Of a DNA stretch of 64,000 nucleotides, positions 10,807-20,669 are shown piece by piece. The stretch comes from Armatimonadota bacterium (GTDB lineage Bacteria > Armatimonadota > UBA5829 > DSUL01). How positions within the stretch are numbered: position 1 is the first letter of the stretch; each line of letters opens with the position of its first letter. The notes under the pieces were generated by a model. That model was not told where the DNA came from. It saw only the letters and a list, made by a program, of their open reading frames with translations, and did not search any database. The position numbers and the translations under genes are program-made. The stretch covers positions 320,001-384,000 of the forward strand of contig JBDHZC010000001.1 in the NCBI GenBank assembly GCA_039811685.1. The letters run 5' to 3'.

Positions 10807-11727
10807 TTAGTCGCGTTTCTCTGAGCCTTCTTCGCTCACGACAAAAGCTCTTACCCCTGGCTCATCTGAGGTAATCTGCTCAAATTGTATCTCACCCAGC
10901 ACCATCGCCGCTGTTGAAAGCGCGTCGCTGGATGCCGCGCTCTCACACAAAACTGACGCCGACATCGCTGCCTGCGATGGCCAACCGGTACGCGGATCAA
11001 TCACGTGGCTATAGCGCTGGCCGTTCACCTGAAAATACTGTTCGTAGTCCCCTGAGGTGGAAAGCGAGCAGTCGCGCAGTTCAACAACCTGTCCTGAAGA
11101 CTGATCATCTCGCGGCGGCCGGATGCGAGCTTTCCATGCTTGAGACTCAGGGCCAAGGCCCAGTCCATAAATGCTACTGAGCCCGGAGTGAATCAGAGCT
11201 CCCTTTACTCCCCGCTGGCGAAGCGTTTCCACAATACAGTCTACCGCATGCCCTTTGCCAAAAGCTCCGAGATTGATTTCTACTCCCAGACTATCAAACG
11301 TAATGCTGGAATTCTCTGCGCTCAGAACTATGTGATCGCTACCCGTGAACTTCAAAACTCGATCGATCTCTTTCTGCGGTGGCATTTGCGGCTGTCCCTG
11401 GAAAAATCCCCACAGCTTGATAAGAGGTCCTGCCGTGATGTCAAAAGCGCCTTTCGTCCACTCGGATATTAGCTTCGCGCGCTCGATGAGCGCAAACAGA
11501 TCAGGAGCAACCTCCACCGGTCTAGCCGAAGCATGCGCATTTAGAAAAGATATCTCGCTGTCAGGTCTGTAAACGCTGAGGCGAGCTTCGAGAGAATCTA
11601 CGATATCAAATGCCGCTCCTGCCGCCGCCAGAAGATCAGCATCCGGAAGTCCCCAGCAGATGATCTCCCACCTGCACGCCATCGCGTGATGAGAGTAGCG
11701 CAACAGATTACCAGAAGAGAAGCTCAC
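10807..11727 (-). CDS. apbE: FAD:protein FMN transferase
   Basis: GAFDITAGPL, NLGAFGKG, STSGDYE, HVIDPRTG, DALSTA; no signal peptide visible. Confidence 0.9.
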   Translation of the reverse strand: MSFSSGNLLRYSHHAMACRWEIICWGLPDADLLAAAGAAFDIVDSLEARLSVYRPDSEISFLNAHASARPVEVAPDLFALIERAKLISEWTKGAFDITAGPLIKLWGFFQGQPQMPPQKEIDRVLKFTGSDHIVLSAENSSITFDSLGVEINLGAFGKGHAVDCIVETLRQRGVKGALIHSGLSSIYGLGLGPESQAWKARIRPPRDDQSSGQVVELRDCSLSTSGDYEQYFQVNGQRYSHVIDPRTGWPSQAAMSASVLCESAASSDALSTAAMVLGEIQFEQITSDEPGVRAFVVSEEGSEKRD

Positions 11728-12539
11728 CGGATAGAGTCTGCGGATGATTTCTGCAACGTTGGCGGGAATGGAATGTCCTTTACGGCGCGCCCGGCAGCCC
11801 AGTACATAGCGCGTAGATTAATTCGCTGAAAATCCGGGTCGTTCCAGGTCTTGCTGTCGTGTCCAAGGACATTGACGAACACCCGGCCCTTTCCATACAT
11901 ACGGGTCCAAATTGCGGGATATTTTCCTTCCCGCAGAGCAAGTACGTGAAAGCTGTCTCCGGGATAGAACACATGCCCATAGTCTTCATCCACAACGCTC
12001 AGTTTTTTGATTCCTCGCGTGATAGGATTGGTTTTGTCTGTAATCAAAACGTCAAACGCGCGCTTCTTTCCGTGCCCGTCAAAGCGCCCCGCAACCAGAC
12101 TCCAGTAGTCGTCAGACGTCTTCCAGGTTGCCGTAGCTCCGTGAATGCCGACAAATCCACCGCCGCGTCTGACAAAGGACAGCAAACCGTCTTTCTGCTG
12201 TTGTGTGATCTCACCGCCCTGCGTGTAGAAAGCGACGATGTCAAAACCCCTGATTCGCTGCGCAATGAGGGCGTCGCGGTCCTGAGTAAGGGTGACTTCG
12301 AAATCCCCGCTTCCTTCCATCGGCTTGATCAGAATGGGCGGCAGGTTTACCCAGTCGTGAAACTCACCACCCGTGACAAACAGAACTCTGATCGGCTTCT
12401 TGGGCACTTCAGCGTTACCGTTTGATGGCAAAGATGTCGAGATTATCACAACGAAGCTCACAATCAGTATCGCCGATAACCGTAACCACTGAGGATTCTT
12501 TCTGAACGCTCGTCTGCTACAGTGTTTTGGAATAACCAC
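11724..12539 (-). CDS. ThuA domain-containing protein
   Basis: VLFVTGG..HD, GGGFVGIHGA, DEDY, YGKGRVF..LGH; GGAGG lies 6 nt before GTG 12539. Confidence 0.85.
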   Translation of the reverse strand: MVIPKHCSRRAFRKNPQWLRLSAILIVSFVVIISTSLPSNGNAEVPKKPIRVLFVTGGEFHDWVNLPPILIKPMEGSGDFEVTLTQDRDALIAQRIRGFDIVAFYTQGGEITQQQKDGLLSFVRRGGGFVGIHGATATWKTSDDYWSLVAGRFDGHGKKRAFDVLITDKTNPITRGIKKLSVVDEDYGHVFYPGDSFHVLALREGKYPAIWTRMYGKGRVFVNVLGHDSKTWNDPDFQRINLRAMYWAAGRAVKDIPFPPTLQKSSADSIR

Positions 12540-12674
12540 ACATGACCTCCATCACTGAGTTCTCGCGCTGCCTTCATTCTCCTGCACAGTTTGCTGGCAG
12601 GAAGGGCAGGGTGCTTCGACGTATATGCCACCAGAGGACGCCTTCACGGAGACTGCAGGCGTAGGCACTAAGCA

Positions 12675-14165
12675 ATGACGAAGAATATTCTGGCATTTGA
12701 TCTGGGCGCGGAAAGCGGACGGGCTGTCGTCGGCAAACTGGGAGACGAACGGCTTGAACTGGATGTAGTGCATCGCTTCGCCAACATACCGGTGAGAACT
12801 CTCGATGGCCTGCACTGGGATGTTCTGAGACTTTTTCAGGACATGAAAGACGGCTTGCACGCTGCTACGCGGGAACGGGAAATTGCCTCTCTTGGCGTGG
12901 ACACATGGGGGGTAGATTTCGCGCTGCTTGATAGAACTGGATCGCTGCTCGCCAATCCTCATCACTATCGCGACTCGCGCACGGATGCGATCATGGAGCA
13001 GGTCTTCGAGATCGTTTCACGTGAAGAGGTATTTGAGCAGACCGGTATCCAGTTCATGCCGCTGAACACCCTGTATCAACTCTTCGCGTTGAAGAAGCAG
13101 AACCCCGCGCTGCTCGACGCAGCCCAGAAGATCATTATGATCCCGGATCTGTTCAACTACTGGTTCACCGGCTCCGCTGTATGCGAGTTCACGGAGGCCA
13201 CCACCAGCCAGTTTTATAATCCTGTGCAGGGTCGCTGGGCCAGCAAACTGCTTGATCAACTCCAATTGCCTGGCAGCAGACTGGGGGAGATTGTGCAACC
13301 GGGCTCTCACATCGGCAATCTGCACGAGACAGTAGCGGATGAGGTTTCTTCGGGGCGTATTCCCGTTATCGCTCCAGCCTGCCACGATACCGGGTCGGCT
13401 GTGGCAGCCGTACCGGCGCAACAGCCGGACTTCGTTTACATCTCAAGCGGCACTTGGTCTCTGGTTGGCATAGAAACGTCCGACCCCGTCATCAATGAGA
13501 AATCGCTTAGCTACAACTTCACGAACGAAGGCGGAGTCTGCGGCACTATTCGTCTGCTGAAGAACGTGATGGGCTTGTGGATATTGCAGGAATGCCGGCG
13601 GCAATGGGAGCGTGAGGGTGTTGCCTACGACTACACACGATTGACCAAAATGGCAGCCGACGAGGAGCCTTATCGCAGTCTCCTGGACCCTGACCACGCT
13701 GCCTTTTTTACTCCCGGGGATATGCCCACACGCATCCGGACGTTCTGCGCTGAGACTTCTCAGCCCGTGCCTGAATCGCCGGGACAAATAGCGCGCGCTG
13801 CCCTGGATTCTCTGGCGCTGAAATATCGCTGGGTGATCGAGCGACTACAAGACTTGAGCGGTAGGTCCCTGAACACAGTTCACGTCGTGGGTGGCGGCAC
13901 GCAGAACCGGCTCCTTCAACAGCTTACTTCAGACGCAACAGGACGTGAAGTTATTTGCGGCCCGATTGAAGCTACAGCTATCGGCAATATTCTTATGCAG
14001 GCAGTGGGCTCTGGCGTTATCGGCTCTCTCTCAGACGCCCGAGAGATAATCAGACGATCATTTGACTTGCAGACTTACACGCCTTCTTTTGAAGCACACT
14101 CTCGCATTGACGAAGCCTACGGACGGTTCAATGCTGTTTTGGAGCAGTCAAACTCGATTCTGTAG
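12675..14165 (+). CDS. rhaB: Rhamnulokinase (FGGY family)
   Basis: AFDLGAESGR, GVDTWGVDF, HYRD.RT, HDTGSAV, SSGTWSL, NEGG, KNVMGLW. Confidence 0.88.
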   Translation: MTKNILAFDLGAESGRAVVGKLGDERLELDVVHRFANIPVRTLDGLHWDVLRLFQDMKDGLHAATREREIASLGVDTWGVDFALLDRTGSLLANPHHYRDSRTDAIMEQVFEIVSREEVFEQTGIQFMPLNTLYQLFALKKQNPALLDAAQKIIMIPDLFNYWFTGSAVCEFTEATTSQFYNPVQGRWASKLLDQLQLPGSRLGEIVQPGSHIGNLHETVADEVSSGRIPVIAPACHDTGSAVAAVPAQQPDFVYISSGTWSLVGIETSDPVINEKSLSYNFTNEGGVCGTIRLLKNVMGLWILQECRRQWEREGVAYDYTRLTKMAADEEPYRSLLDPDHAAFFTPGDMPTRIRTFCAETSQPVPESPGQIARAALDSLALKYRWVIERLQDLSGRSLNTVHVVGGGTQNRLLQQLTSDATGREVICGPIEATAIGNILMQAVGSGVIGSLSDAREIIRRSFDLQTYTPSFEAHSRIDEAYGRFNAVLEQSNSIL

Positions 14166-14337
14166 AGGCTCCAGAGTGTCTCTGGCTCTCGGAGCTTCGG
14201 CTCTGGCTTCGTCTGTCACGATAGCGGAAACTGGCAGGAGTGAGAGGATCTCCTCAGACTGTATGGGAATGCGCAGGCTCGGGCAGATACAAGAGCGGGG
14301 ACGCGGAGCACGGACCCACGTCCCCTTCCCATCAGAA

Positions 14338-14883
14338 CTAGCTGGACTTTCTGCGCCTGAGAAGCAGACCGCCCATTCCGAGCACTCCCGTACCCATAGC
14401 CAGCAGACTGCTTGGCTCCGGTGTGATGTGCTTCGTTACTACATTGCTCCAGATTGGTCCCCACACTCCTCCCTGTCCATCGGACAACACAATGTCCGCC
14501 TGGAAGGTGATCAGTGTGGAAGGCACGCCGACCGTATGCACGACGTTCCACGGGAACCACTCTGAGACGACGATTACCTGGCTTGGCTGCGCCAGCCACT
14601 GAATGACCTCAGTCACCGCGCCGTTGGGAGGCGTTATCTCAGCGTGCCAGGATACCTCGTCAATGTGAAGCGGTCGCCCCTCGTTGCCCGCCCAGCCGAT
14701 GTGAGCCCAGAATGTCTCAGTATCATCGGGTGGAATCTCGATGATTTGCGCAAGGCTCGACGCAGGAGCGTGGTAAGTTGGGTCTATCTCAAGATACGGT
14801 CCCTGCTGTGCCCAGGACCGGTTGCCGCAACTAAAGAGCGCGACGATCGCTGCCGTAAGCACCAGCGCTTTCGCAGCTTTCAT
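14338..14883 (-). CDS. PEP-CTERM sorting domain protein
   Basis: AAGGAGG RBS, signal peptide, C-terminal TPEPSSLLAMGTGVLGMGGLLLRRRKSS. Confidence 0.88.
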   Translation of the reverse strand: MKAAKALVLTAAIVALFSCGNRSWAQQGPYLEIDPTYHAPASSLAQIIEIPPDDTETFWAHIGWAGNEGRPLHIDEVSWHAEITPPNGAVTEVIQWLAQPSQVIVVSEWFPWNVVHTVGVPSTLITFQADIVLSDGQGGVWGPIWSNVVTKHITPEPSSLLAMGTGVLGMGGLLLRRRKSS

Positions 14884-15143
14884 GTGTTCCTCCTTCTGCA
14901 GTGGCAGAGGCGGCCGAATTACCCACCTCTCTGCGGGTCTGGCTCCCGCTTTTTGCAAGCCTGCGCCCGCCGGAATATCCGGAAGCAGCAGCAGGCTCCA
15001 TTATTATATCACCAAATGCTAATGCGAACAACATGCACGTCGAGTACGCAAATATACCTGTTTTGCGAATCACCTCGTGACTCCGATGGTGGCCACATCT
15101 CACGCCGGGGAGGTACAAAGCATCCTGACGCTGCGGGGTGAGG

Positions 15144-16460
15144 TTACCTTTGTACCGTCCAGACCATGTCTGTACCTTTTCCAAACTGGTCGTTCTCGGG
15201 TGCCGGTTTCCCACCGTTGACCACAAGATCAGAGCCTACGCTGTAGAGAATATAGCCGCGACCCTGACGGCGAAATTTGAACGGCTTTCCTGAGAAAGGG
15301 TCGTTACCAATCCGGCAACGAGAGCTCTGCGCCATGGACAGATTCTCGGGATAGATTCCTTTCTCTGTCTTGTAGCGCTCCACCGCCAGCATCGTTTTTG
15401 TTGCCTCCACATTAGTCTGGCCCCTTATGACGGCCGTCCGGGCTCTGGTGAAAACAGGCATTGTTGTTCTAGCAAGTGTTGCCCACCGCGGTATGGGATC
15501 TATGACTACCTTCTCTGCAGCTCGATCGCCAGTCTCTCGATAGGATCTGCCCAGTAGCTCAATGTAACGCGCATAGGCGTCAAGTATGGCAGCCTCATTC
15601 GCGTACATCACTGCCCGATAGGGCAGCGCCCAGACCTTACCCAACGCACCCTCACGCCTTTTGTCCCGCGCTGGCAAACCGAAGTCCTGTTCGAACAGAA
15701 CATGCGATACTGCACGCTCGTACATCACCGCCTGGCGCATAGGGTTGGGTGAGAGTATCTGATCGAGGGTCTGGCAGAGTTTTGCGGTTTGCTCATCGGA
15801 GAAGTCTGCAGCTTCAAGGCCGTGTTGGATTGCAGCACAGCACAAGTTGACACCAGCCAGTCGTCCCAACAGCCCAATCATAGCCTGGCGCTTCGAGAGC
15901 GTCTTCGATAGCCGGGCGATCGCAATGATGTCATCGGTCGCACCGGCTGTGTCTCCAACTCGAGACCGTAGCACTGCACGCGTTGAAAGCGCCCGGACTG
16001 CATAACCCAGAGCGCTGAACGCTAGTAAGTGGTCGTCACCCTGTCCCGGGAAAAAATAGTTACCAACGGACAGGGCTTCCGGCGAAGCAGCCGCAGTGAA
16101 ATCACTTAGCGCAGGACCCAGTTTGTTAAGCGCTGAGTGCGCCACTGCGACATCGAGTGCGGAAGGACTGCCGTTATGCGAACTACGGATCCTCATCATC
16201 GCCGTATTCTCCTGCTCGGACAATTTCACTGCCCGCAGTTTACGCGCTGCCGCTTCGAAGGTCTGCGCGCCACGGCTGTGTCCTTCGCCAACGATATCTG
16301 CCAGAGTAATCGGCTCACCGCGGGCCGCGATGGCACGTACCTCCGTCTCAACCTGGCGTCCAAACCAGAGTGTGGCAGCGCCGGCGACCACGTAAAACAC
16401 CACCAGAAGAACGATGGCTGCTTTAATTAGAACTACCAAGACTCTTTTGATTCGTTTCAT
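15144..16460 (-). CDS. Membrane-anchored helical hypothetical protein with a pseudopilin/GspG-like C-terminal motif
   Basis: N-terminal TM helix; C-terminal YPENL..DPFSGKPFKF..YILYSVG.D; coupled to the upstream ORF. Confidence 0.6.
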   Translation of the reverse strand: MKRIKRVLVVLIKAAIVLLVVFYVVAGAATLWFGRQVETEVRAIAARGEPITLADIVGEGHSRGAQTFEAAARKLRAVKLSEQENTAMMRIRSSHNGSPSALDVAVAHSALNKLGPALSDFTAAASPEALSVGNYFFPGQGDDHLLAFSALGYAVRALSTRAVLRSRVGDTAGATDDIIAIARLSKTLSKRQAMIGLLGRLAGVNLCCAAIQHGLEAADFSDEQTAKLCQTLDQILSPNPMRQAVMYERAVSHVLFEQDFGLPARDKRREGALGKVWALPYRAVMYANEAAILDAYARYIELLGRSYRETGDRAAEKVVIDPIPRWATLARTTMPVFTRARTAVIRGQTNVEATKTMLAVERYKTEKGIYPENLSMAQSSRCRIGNDPFSGKPFKFRRQGRGYILYSVGSDLVVNGGKPAPENDQFGKGTDMVWTVQR

Positions 16461-16780
16461 CGCATTTCTCCAGGATATAGGTGCGCGCGCATTTTCTGAA
16501 TCTGCGCGGCGGCGCTTGCGAGCGTCACTCCCTGCGGCGCGTTTCTAATAGCGAGCTGTTCGAGCCTTGCATCTCTGGCGGAGTCAATCACGCTGGCCGC
16601 GAGTATCCACAGCAGCGAAAACGTGAGCGCCGCCACCCAGCGCAAACGCCCTGCGGCTGCCCTTCTGAGCGAGTCCGATTGCGCCCGCCGGGCCGCCGCC
16701 AAGACACTTTCCCGAACATCGTCAGGAACTTCTGGATCGTAGAGCTTACGCAATCTGATTTCTATCTCAGTGTCATCCAT
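16457..16780 (-). CDS. Putative anti-sigma factor (small, one TM helix)
   Basis: Overlaps the sigma factor stop codon; short cytoplasmic N-terminus plus one TM helix. Confidence 0.55.
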   Translation of the reverse strand: MDDTEIEIRLRKLYDPEVPDDVRESVLAAARRAQSDSLRRAAAGRLRWVAALTFSLLWILAASVIDSARDARLEQLAIRNAPQGVTLASAAAQIQKMRAHLYPGEMR

Positions 16781-17336
16781 CCGGAAGTACCTCCATTGTT
16801 CGACGCAGCTTGCCTATTGCATAGCGGTAGCGGCTTGCCGCCGTGTTGGCGGATATACCGAGCACACTACCGATCTCTGCGAAGGTCATCTCATCCAGCA
16901 CTTTGAGAGAGACCACCTCACGCTGCTCTACGGGAAGCCTCGTCACCGCTTCTCGCAAGCCACCTAAGCCGTCAACTACCGCTTCGCTGGCGGGCAGGTC
17001 AGTGTCAAGGGGCGCCGTGGGCCTTCGTTTGCGCTGGCGCAAGATAGTAATTGAAGCGTTGCGGGCAGCACGGAACAGGAATCTGGCCAATCTCACGCCA
17101 GAACAGGGAAGCTGGTCCCTCCGGGCCAGACGCGCAAAGACCTCCTGCACTGCGTCCTGAGCGTCATCGGAAGAGCCTGTTACGCCGAGAGCATAGCGAT
17201 ACAGAGACGGACCATAGAGATCGTACGCCGCCTCCAGATCGCATGCGCTCTCCACAGCCGCTTTGTGCCCTGCACCGATGACCAACCCGTCCCGCACTGT
17301 CTCGCTCACATCCTTCTTGACGCTGCCCGCTGTCAA
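16773..17336 (-). CDS. ECF RNA polymerase sigma-70 factor
   Basis: DAQDAVQEVF (region 2); LPVEQREVVSL..MTFAEIG..LGIS.NTAASRYRYA (region 4). Start uncertain. Confidence 0.9.
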   Translation of the reverse strand: MTAGSVKKDVSETVRDGLVIGAGHKAAVESACDLEAAYDLYGPSLYRYALGVTGSSDDAQDAVQEVFARLARRDQLPCSGVRLARFLFRAARNASITILRQRKRRPTAPLDTDLPASEAVVDGLGGLREAVTRLPVEQREVVSLKVLDEMTFAEIGSVLGISANTAASRYRYAIGKLRRTMEVLPDG

Positions 17337-17450
17337 AACTGTCTACTTCGACGAAAAAAACCTTGAAGAAAAACAGAAGACGAGGACTGAGTGGGCATTG
17401 CGCCGCTAGCGACCAATTCAGTTACGGTTCATCCGCCTGAATACTTCAGC

Positions 17451-17500
17451 AAAGAAAGAACGGCCGCAGCGCCGTCTTGATTGAACTCGCGCTGCGGCCG
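17451..17500 (-). terminator. Intrinsic terminator after the 982-aa gene
   Basis: 12-bp stem CGGCCGCAGCGC/GCGCTGCGGCCG followed on the minus strand by TTCTTTCTTT. Confidence 0.7.
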
Positions 17501-17547
17501 CAATCTAACTGGATTCAGGTCTTCAGATGACCTGTAAGAGAAGGTCA

Positions 17548-20496
17548 CTACAACTCTGGCAGCGTTCCTCCCACATTCTGGATGTCTTCCGGTCCGCGGA
17601 TGGTCAGCGCCCGCCCTCCAGTTTCTGTAGCCGTAGAGATACCCGTGACAGCAAGGACGTCTCCCTCACTGAAGTGCATCAGCTCCGCAAACGGCCCCAT
17701 GTTCACGCGTACGGGTATGTCACTGTCACCAATGACGACTCCCTGACCCGGGAGAATCCCAATGACCTTCGCCACTGTACGCACCAGTGTACAGGTATTG
17801 TTGGCCCCGTACGGATAGACCATAGGCTGGGTGGACGGCAGCGGAGCGCCACCGATCGCCCGAATATTCAGATTGGTCGGCGCTATCTCCACGGAAGCGG
17901 GGTAGGGGATGATCATCTGCGCCAGCACCGTCGGCTCATAGCCACCCGGAAGCACCACGCCCTGCAGGCAAACCAGGGTTCCAACCGGATACATCTGCGA
18001 GGTTTCGATGCGCAGTGCGCAGCGGCCGTTCGGGTCCTGTACGTACAGGGCGGGCTGGTGCGAAACGTAGTCCGTCCCGGTGACAACCGCCAGATTGACG
18101 ATTACCGGGACACCCGGAGCGGAATCCCTGGGAGTGCATGGGTCATCGGGCCCCGTTGTCGGGATGCAGGGCTGGATGCACTCAAAGCACGTCCACGGAT
18201 CCCAGTTGTCTGGCTCCGAGTAAAGATGGTCCTTCAGCACATCTACCACGGCGAGATACTTCCCTGGAGACGTGCACTTGAAAATCGTCGTCCAGGGGAA
18301 GCGTCCGTAGTCATTTGTCGTCACGGTTCCGGCCTGACCAAGCCCCTGGTTATCCACCAGGTCCGGACATCCCGGAATGATATCATACGGATAAGTCGAG
18401 GTCTTGTGGAAATCCCATCCGGTCAACTGAACGTCTTCACCAATCCGGTAGATTTTCTTGTCCGTGAAGACCTTGAGTTCATGAGGCGGGCCAAACATAT
18501 CGGTTTCCGGCCAGCCACCCATGCCACCGTCTCCATCTCCGTCAATGTCCTCGCCACCGTCGAAGTCAGAGTCGTTATCGGAGTCGCAGTCGCACTCACT
18601 TCGCAAGCCATCACCGTCCACGTCAGCGAATCCGGGTGGAGCGGCATCATTGTCGTGTCCGGCGTGGTCGCGCTCTTCATGAAACGTGTAGGCTTCAATC
18701 TCACGTTTATCTGGCACTTCATCTTTGTCGGTGTCTGGATCGTTATGTAAAGAGCAGAACGGACGAGGATTTTGCTCGTCAAAGTCCATCAGACCATCGC
18801 CGTCAGAATCCGTTGTTACAGACGCTTCGTTTTTCCGTCCCACCTTAGCGCCTGCCGGTAAGGCCCAGGTGGCGTCGTTGCGGGCGACCCAGTTATCAAA
18901 CAGGACCCAGCCTGACGGATTGCCCGGCCACGGATCCAGAATATGGACCATTTGGAGGGGGGGGGCGTTTTGACCGAGATCTATCTCGTACCATCCATCA
19001 CACACCACCACATGGTTGGGCACGCCACAGATCATAGGGCCGTTCGCAAGCCTGGCCTGAAACTGTGCAAAGCTGGCTTTGGCGGCGCCAAAATACGGGT
19101 TGTACGTGACACCGCCGCCAAGCGTCAGCGCCCAGGTGACCGCAGTGGTTACCTCAGCGTCGCTAAAGCCCCGGTCGTGCCCCAGATCCCCTTCCGGTCC
19201 CGGCAGATCACCGTTGCGGATGTGGTAGGAGATACGATCCTGGAACAGGTCCCCCCCAAAAAAATGATTCAACATCTGCGTGCAACCGCGCGCGCAGTAG
19301 AAGGCGCAGTGCCCACAGGTCCCCACGTGCGCGGCCGTCTGCGGATGCGCAGCGTCCCATGCCTGCCCGGCGAAACGGAAAGGATCGCATCCCGGTCTGC
19401 CGCGTCCATTCTGGTTGCTCGGGGCGCCGCCTCCAAAGGCGTCCTGGTCCCAGATACAGACGAGTTGTGAATCCCGATGTTGAAGTCTCAGGCCGACACC
19501 GTAATAAAGAATGCCTGTAGCGGCAAGTTTGACATCTCCACTGCTCGGCGCAGGCGGAGGCGTGCTCATAATCGCGAACGTCCACACTGCCGCTTCTTCC
19601 AGGTACGGCTGACCGGACGGCTTCACTCTGACACGCCAGTAGTAGACTCCAGGAGCCAGACCAGAGTTGACGCCCGATTGTGGACCCGGTTGTGAAGGAG
19701 GAGAAAATACCTGATTAATCTCCGGAGTGGAAAAAGTAGGATCGTCGTCCACCTGCAGGTTGTATTGCTCTGCCCACGCGGGACCGTCGAAGGAGAACGA
19801 CACCAGGTTATTCTCAAAAGCCGTCGCGTCCAGAGGCTCCAACTGAACAGGATTTTGATTGATCGAGCTGATCTGAGATGCCCGCGGACCATAGTCCAGG
19901 AAGCCCCAGTCTTTGGGGCTGTCACTGTCGTATCCGCTTGGCAGGCGAGCAATACTCGCCCCTGCCTGGAGAGTGGAAATGTCCACAAAATCTCCTGAAG
20001 TCCATTTCCCTGCCGCTACAGCATCAGATTCAACGGCGCCACCACTGTAACCACCCGTTTGGCTCCACGAGATGAAGTCTGCGAGATTCGCTGGTGTTAT
20101 GGCTGCAGATGTGTAGAGTCCGACTTCGTCCTCAGCGGCAAAAACAGAGCCGGATCCAGAGTAGAGGTCAATGACACCATCTGAAGCGTCAAGATCGTCC
20201 GTACCGCCGCTGAAATGGACAATGGCGTAGTGATGCGACTGAAGAGAAACGGCCGGTGGAACGGCGTACGATAAAGGCGCCCCAGATGGCTTTCCCTGCA
20301 GAATCGTCCAGCCGCCCAGCGCCACATCAGACGGGCCAGAATTGTAGAGCTTTACGCTCGCGCCTGTTGCGCTGCGACCGAGCGATGCGCCTAACGGCAC
20401 AACCTCATCTATGACAACACTCGCGCCAGCACAAGGCACGAGAGAGAATACGGCGCCAGCCGCAAAAGCGCCCATGTAAAGCATTCGTGCAAACAT
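17548..20496 (-). CDS. Large secreted multidomain protein: lamin-tail-like domain, Ig/Fn3-like domain, papain-like cysteine peptidase, DxDxDG Ca-binding repeats, C-terminal putative OB-like module
   Basis: Signal peptide; VVIDEV..KLYNSG..V.LGGW (LTD-like); YCARGCTQM / NHVVVCDGW / ILDPW; DSDGDG, DVDGDG, DIDGDG repeats. Confidence 0.65.
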   Translation of the reverse strand: MFARMLYMGAFAAGAVFSLVPCAGASVVIDEVVPLGASLGRSATGASVKLYNSGPSDVALGGWTILQGKPSGAPLSYAVPPAVSLQSHHYAIVHFSGGTDDLDASDGVIDLYSGSGSVFAAEDEVGLYTSAAITPANLADFISWSQTGGYSGGAVESDAVAAGKWTSGDFVDISTLQAGASIARLPSGYDSDSPKDWGFLDYGPRASQISSINQNPVQLEPLDATAFENNLVSFSFDGPAWAEQYNLQVDDDPTFSTPEINQVFSPPSQPGPQSGVNSGLAPGVYYWRVRVKPSGQPYLEEAAVWTFAIMSTPPPAPSSGDVKLAATGILYYGVGLRLQHRDSQLVCIWDQDAFGGGAPSNQNGRGRPGCDPFRFAGQAWDAAHPQTAAHVGTCGHCAFYCARGCTQMLNHFFGGDLFQDRISYHIRNGDLPGPEGDLGHDRGFSDAEVTTAVTWALTLGGGVTYNPYFGAAKASFAQFQARLANGPMICGVPNHVVVCDGWYEIDLGQNAPPLQMVHILDPWPGNPSGWVLFDNWVARNDATWALPAGAKVGRKNEASVTTDSDGDGLMDFDEQNPRPFCSLHNDPDTDKDEVPDKREIEAYTFHEERDHAGHDNDAAPPGFADVDGDGLRSECDCDSDNDSDFDGGEDIDGDGDGGMGGWPETDMFGPPHELKVFTDKKIYRIGEDVQLTGWDFHKTSTYPYDIIPGCPDLVDNQGLGQAGTVTTNDYGRFPWTTIFKCTSPGKYLAVVDVLKDHLYSEPDNWDPWTCFECIQPCIPTTGPDDPCTPRDSAPGVPVIVNLAVVTGTDYVSHQPALYVQDPNGRCALRIETSQMYPVGTLVCLQGVVLPGGYEPTVLAQMIIPYPASVEIAPTNLNIRAIGGAPLPSTQPMVYPYGANNTCTLVRTVAKVIGILPGQGVVIGDSDIPVRVNMGPFAELMHFSEGDVLAVTGISTATETGGRALTIRGPEDIQNVGGTLPEL

Positions 20497-20598
20497 CGCA
20501 CTCTCCTGTTCTGAACGTCAACCACCTGGATCACCGCTTCTGACAGGGCGGCGCTGTGCAGTTACTGCATTGTAACCGCAATGATGCTTGTCACTATC

Positions 20599-20626
20599 AT
20601 TATAGGCGTAAAGCGGACGGCGTCAA
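20599..20626 (-). promoter_or_regulatory. Sigma70-type promoter of the 982-aa gene
   Basis: Minus strand TTGACG-16 nt-TATAAT. Confidence 0.55.
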
Positions 20627-20669
20627 GAGATAATCGCGAAGAAAGGTACCGTTTGCCGATGCCGCAGTG

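Noticed and set aside
14165..14337. Short GGCTC/CTCTGG repeats and hairpins between rhaB and the PEP-CTERM gene as a CRISPR or REP array
   Set aside because: No regular repeat-spacer period; most likely terminator-type hairpins between convergent genes.
17527..18750. 407-aa plus-strand ORF
   Set aside because: Antisense shadow of the 982-aa gene with no recognisable motifs.
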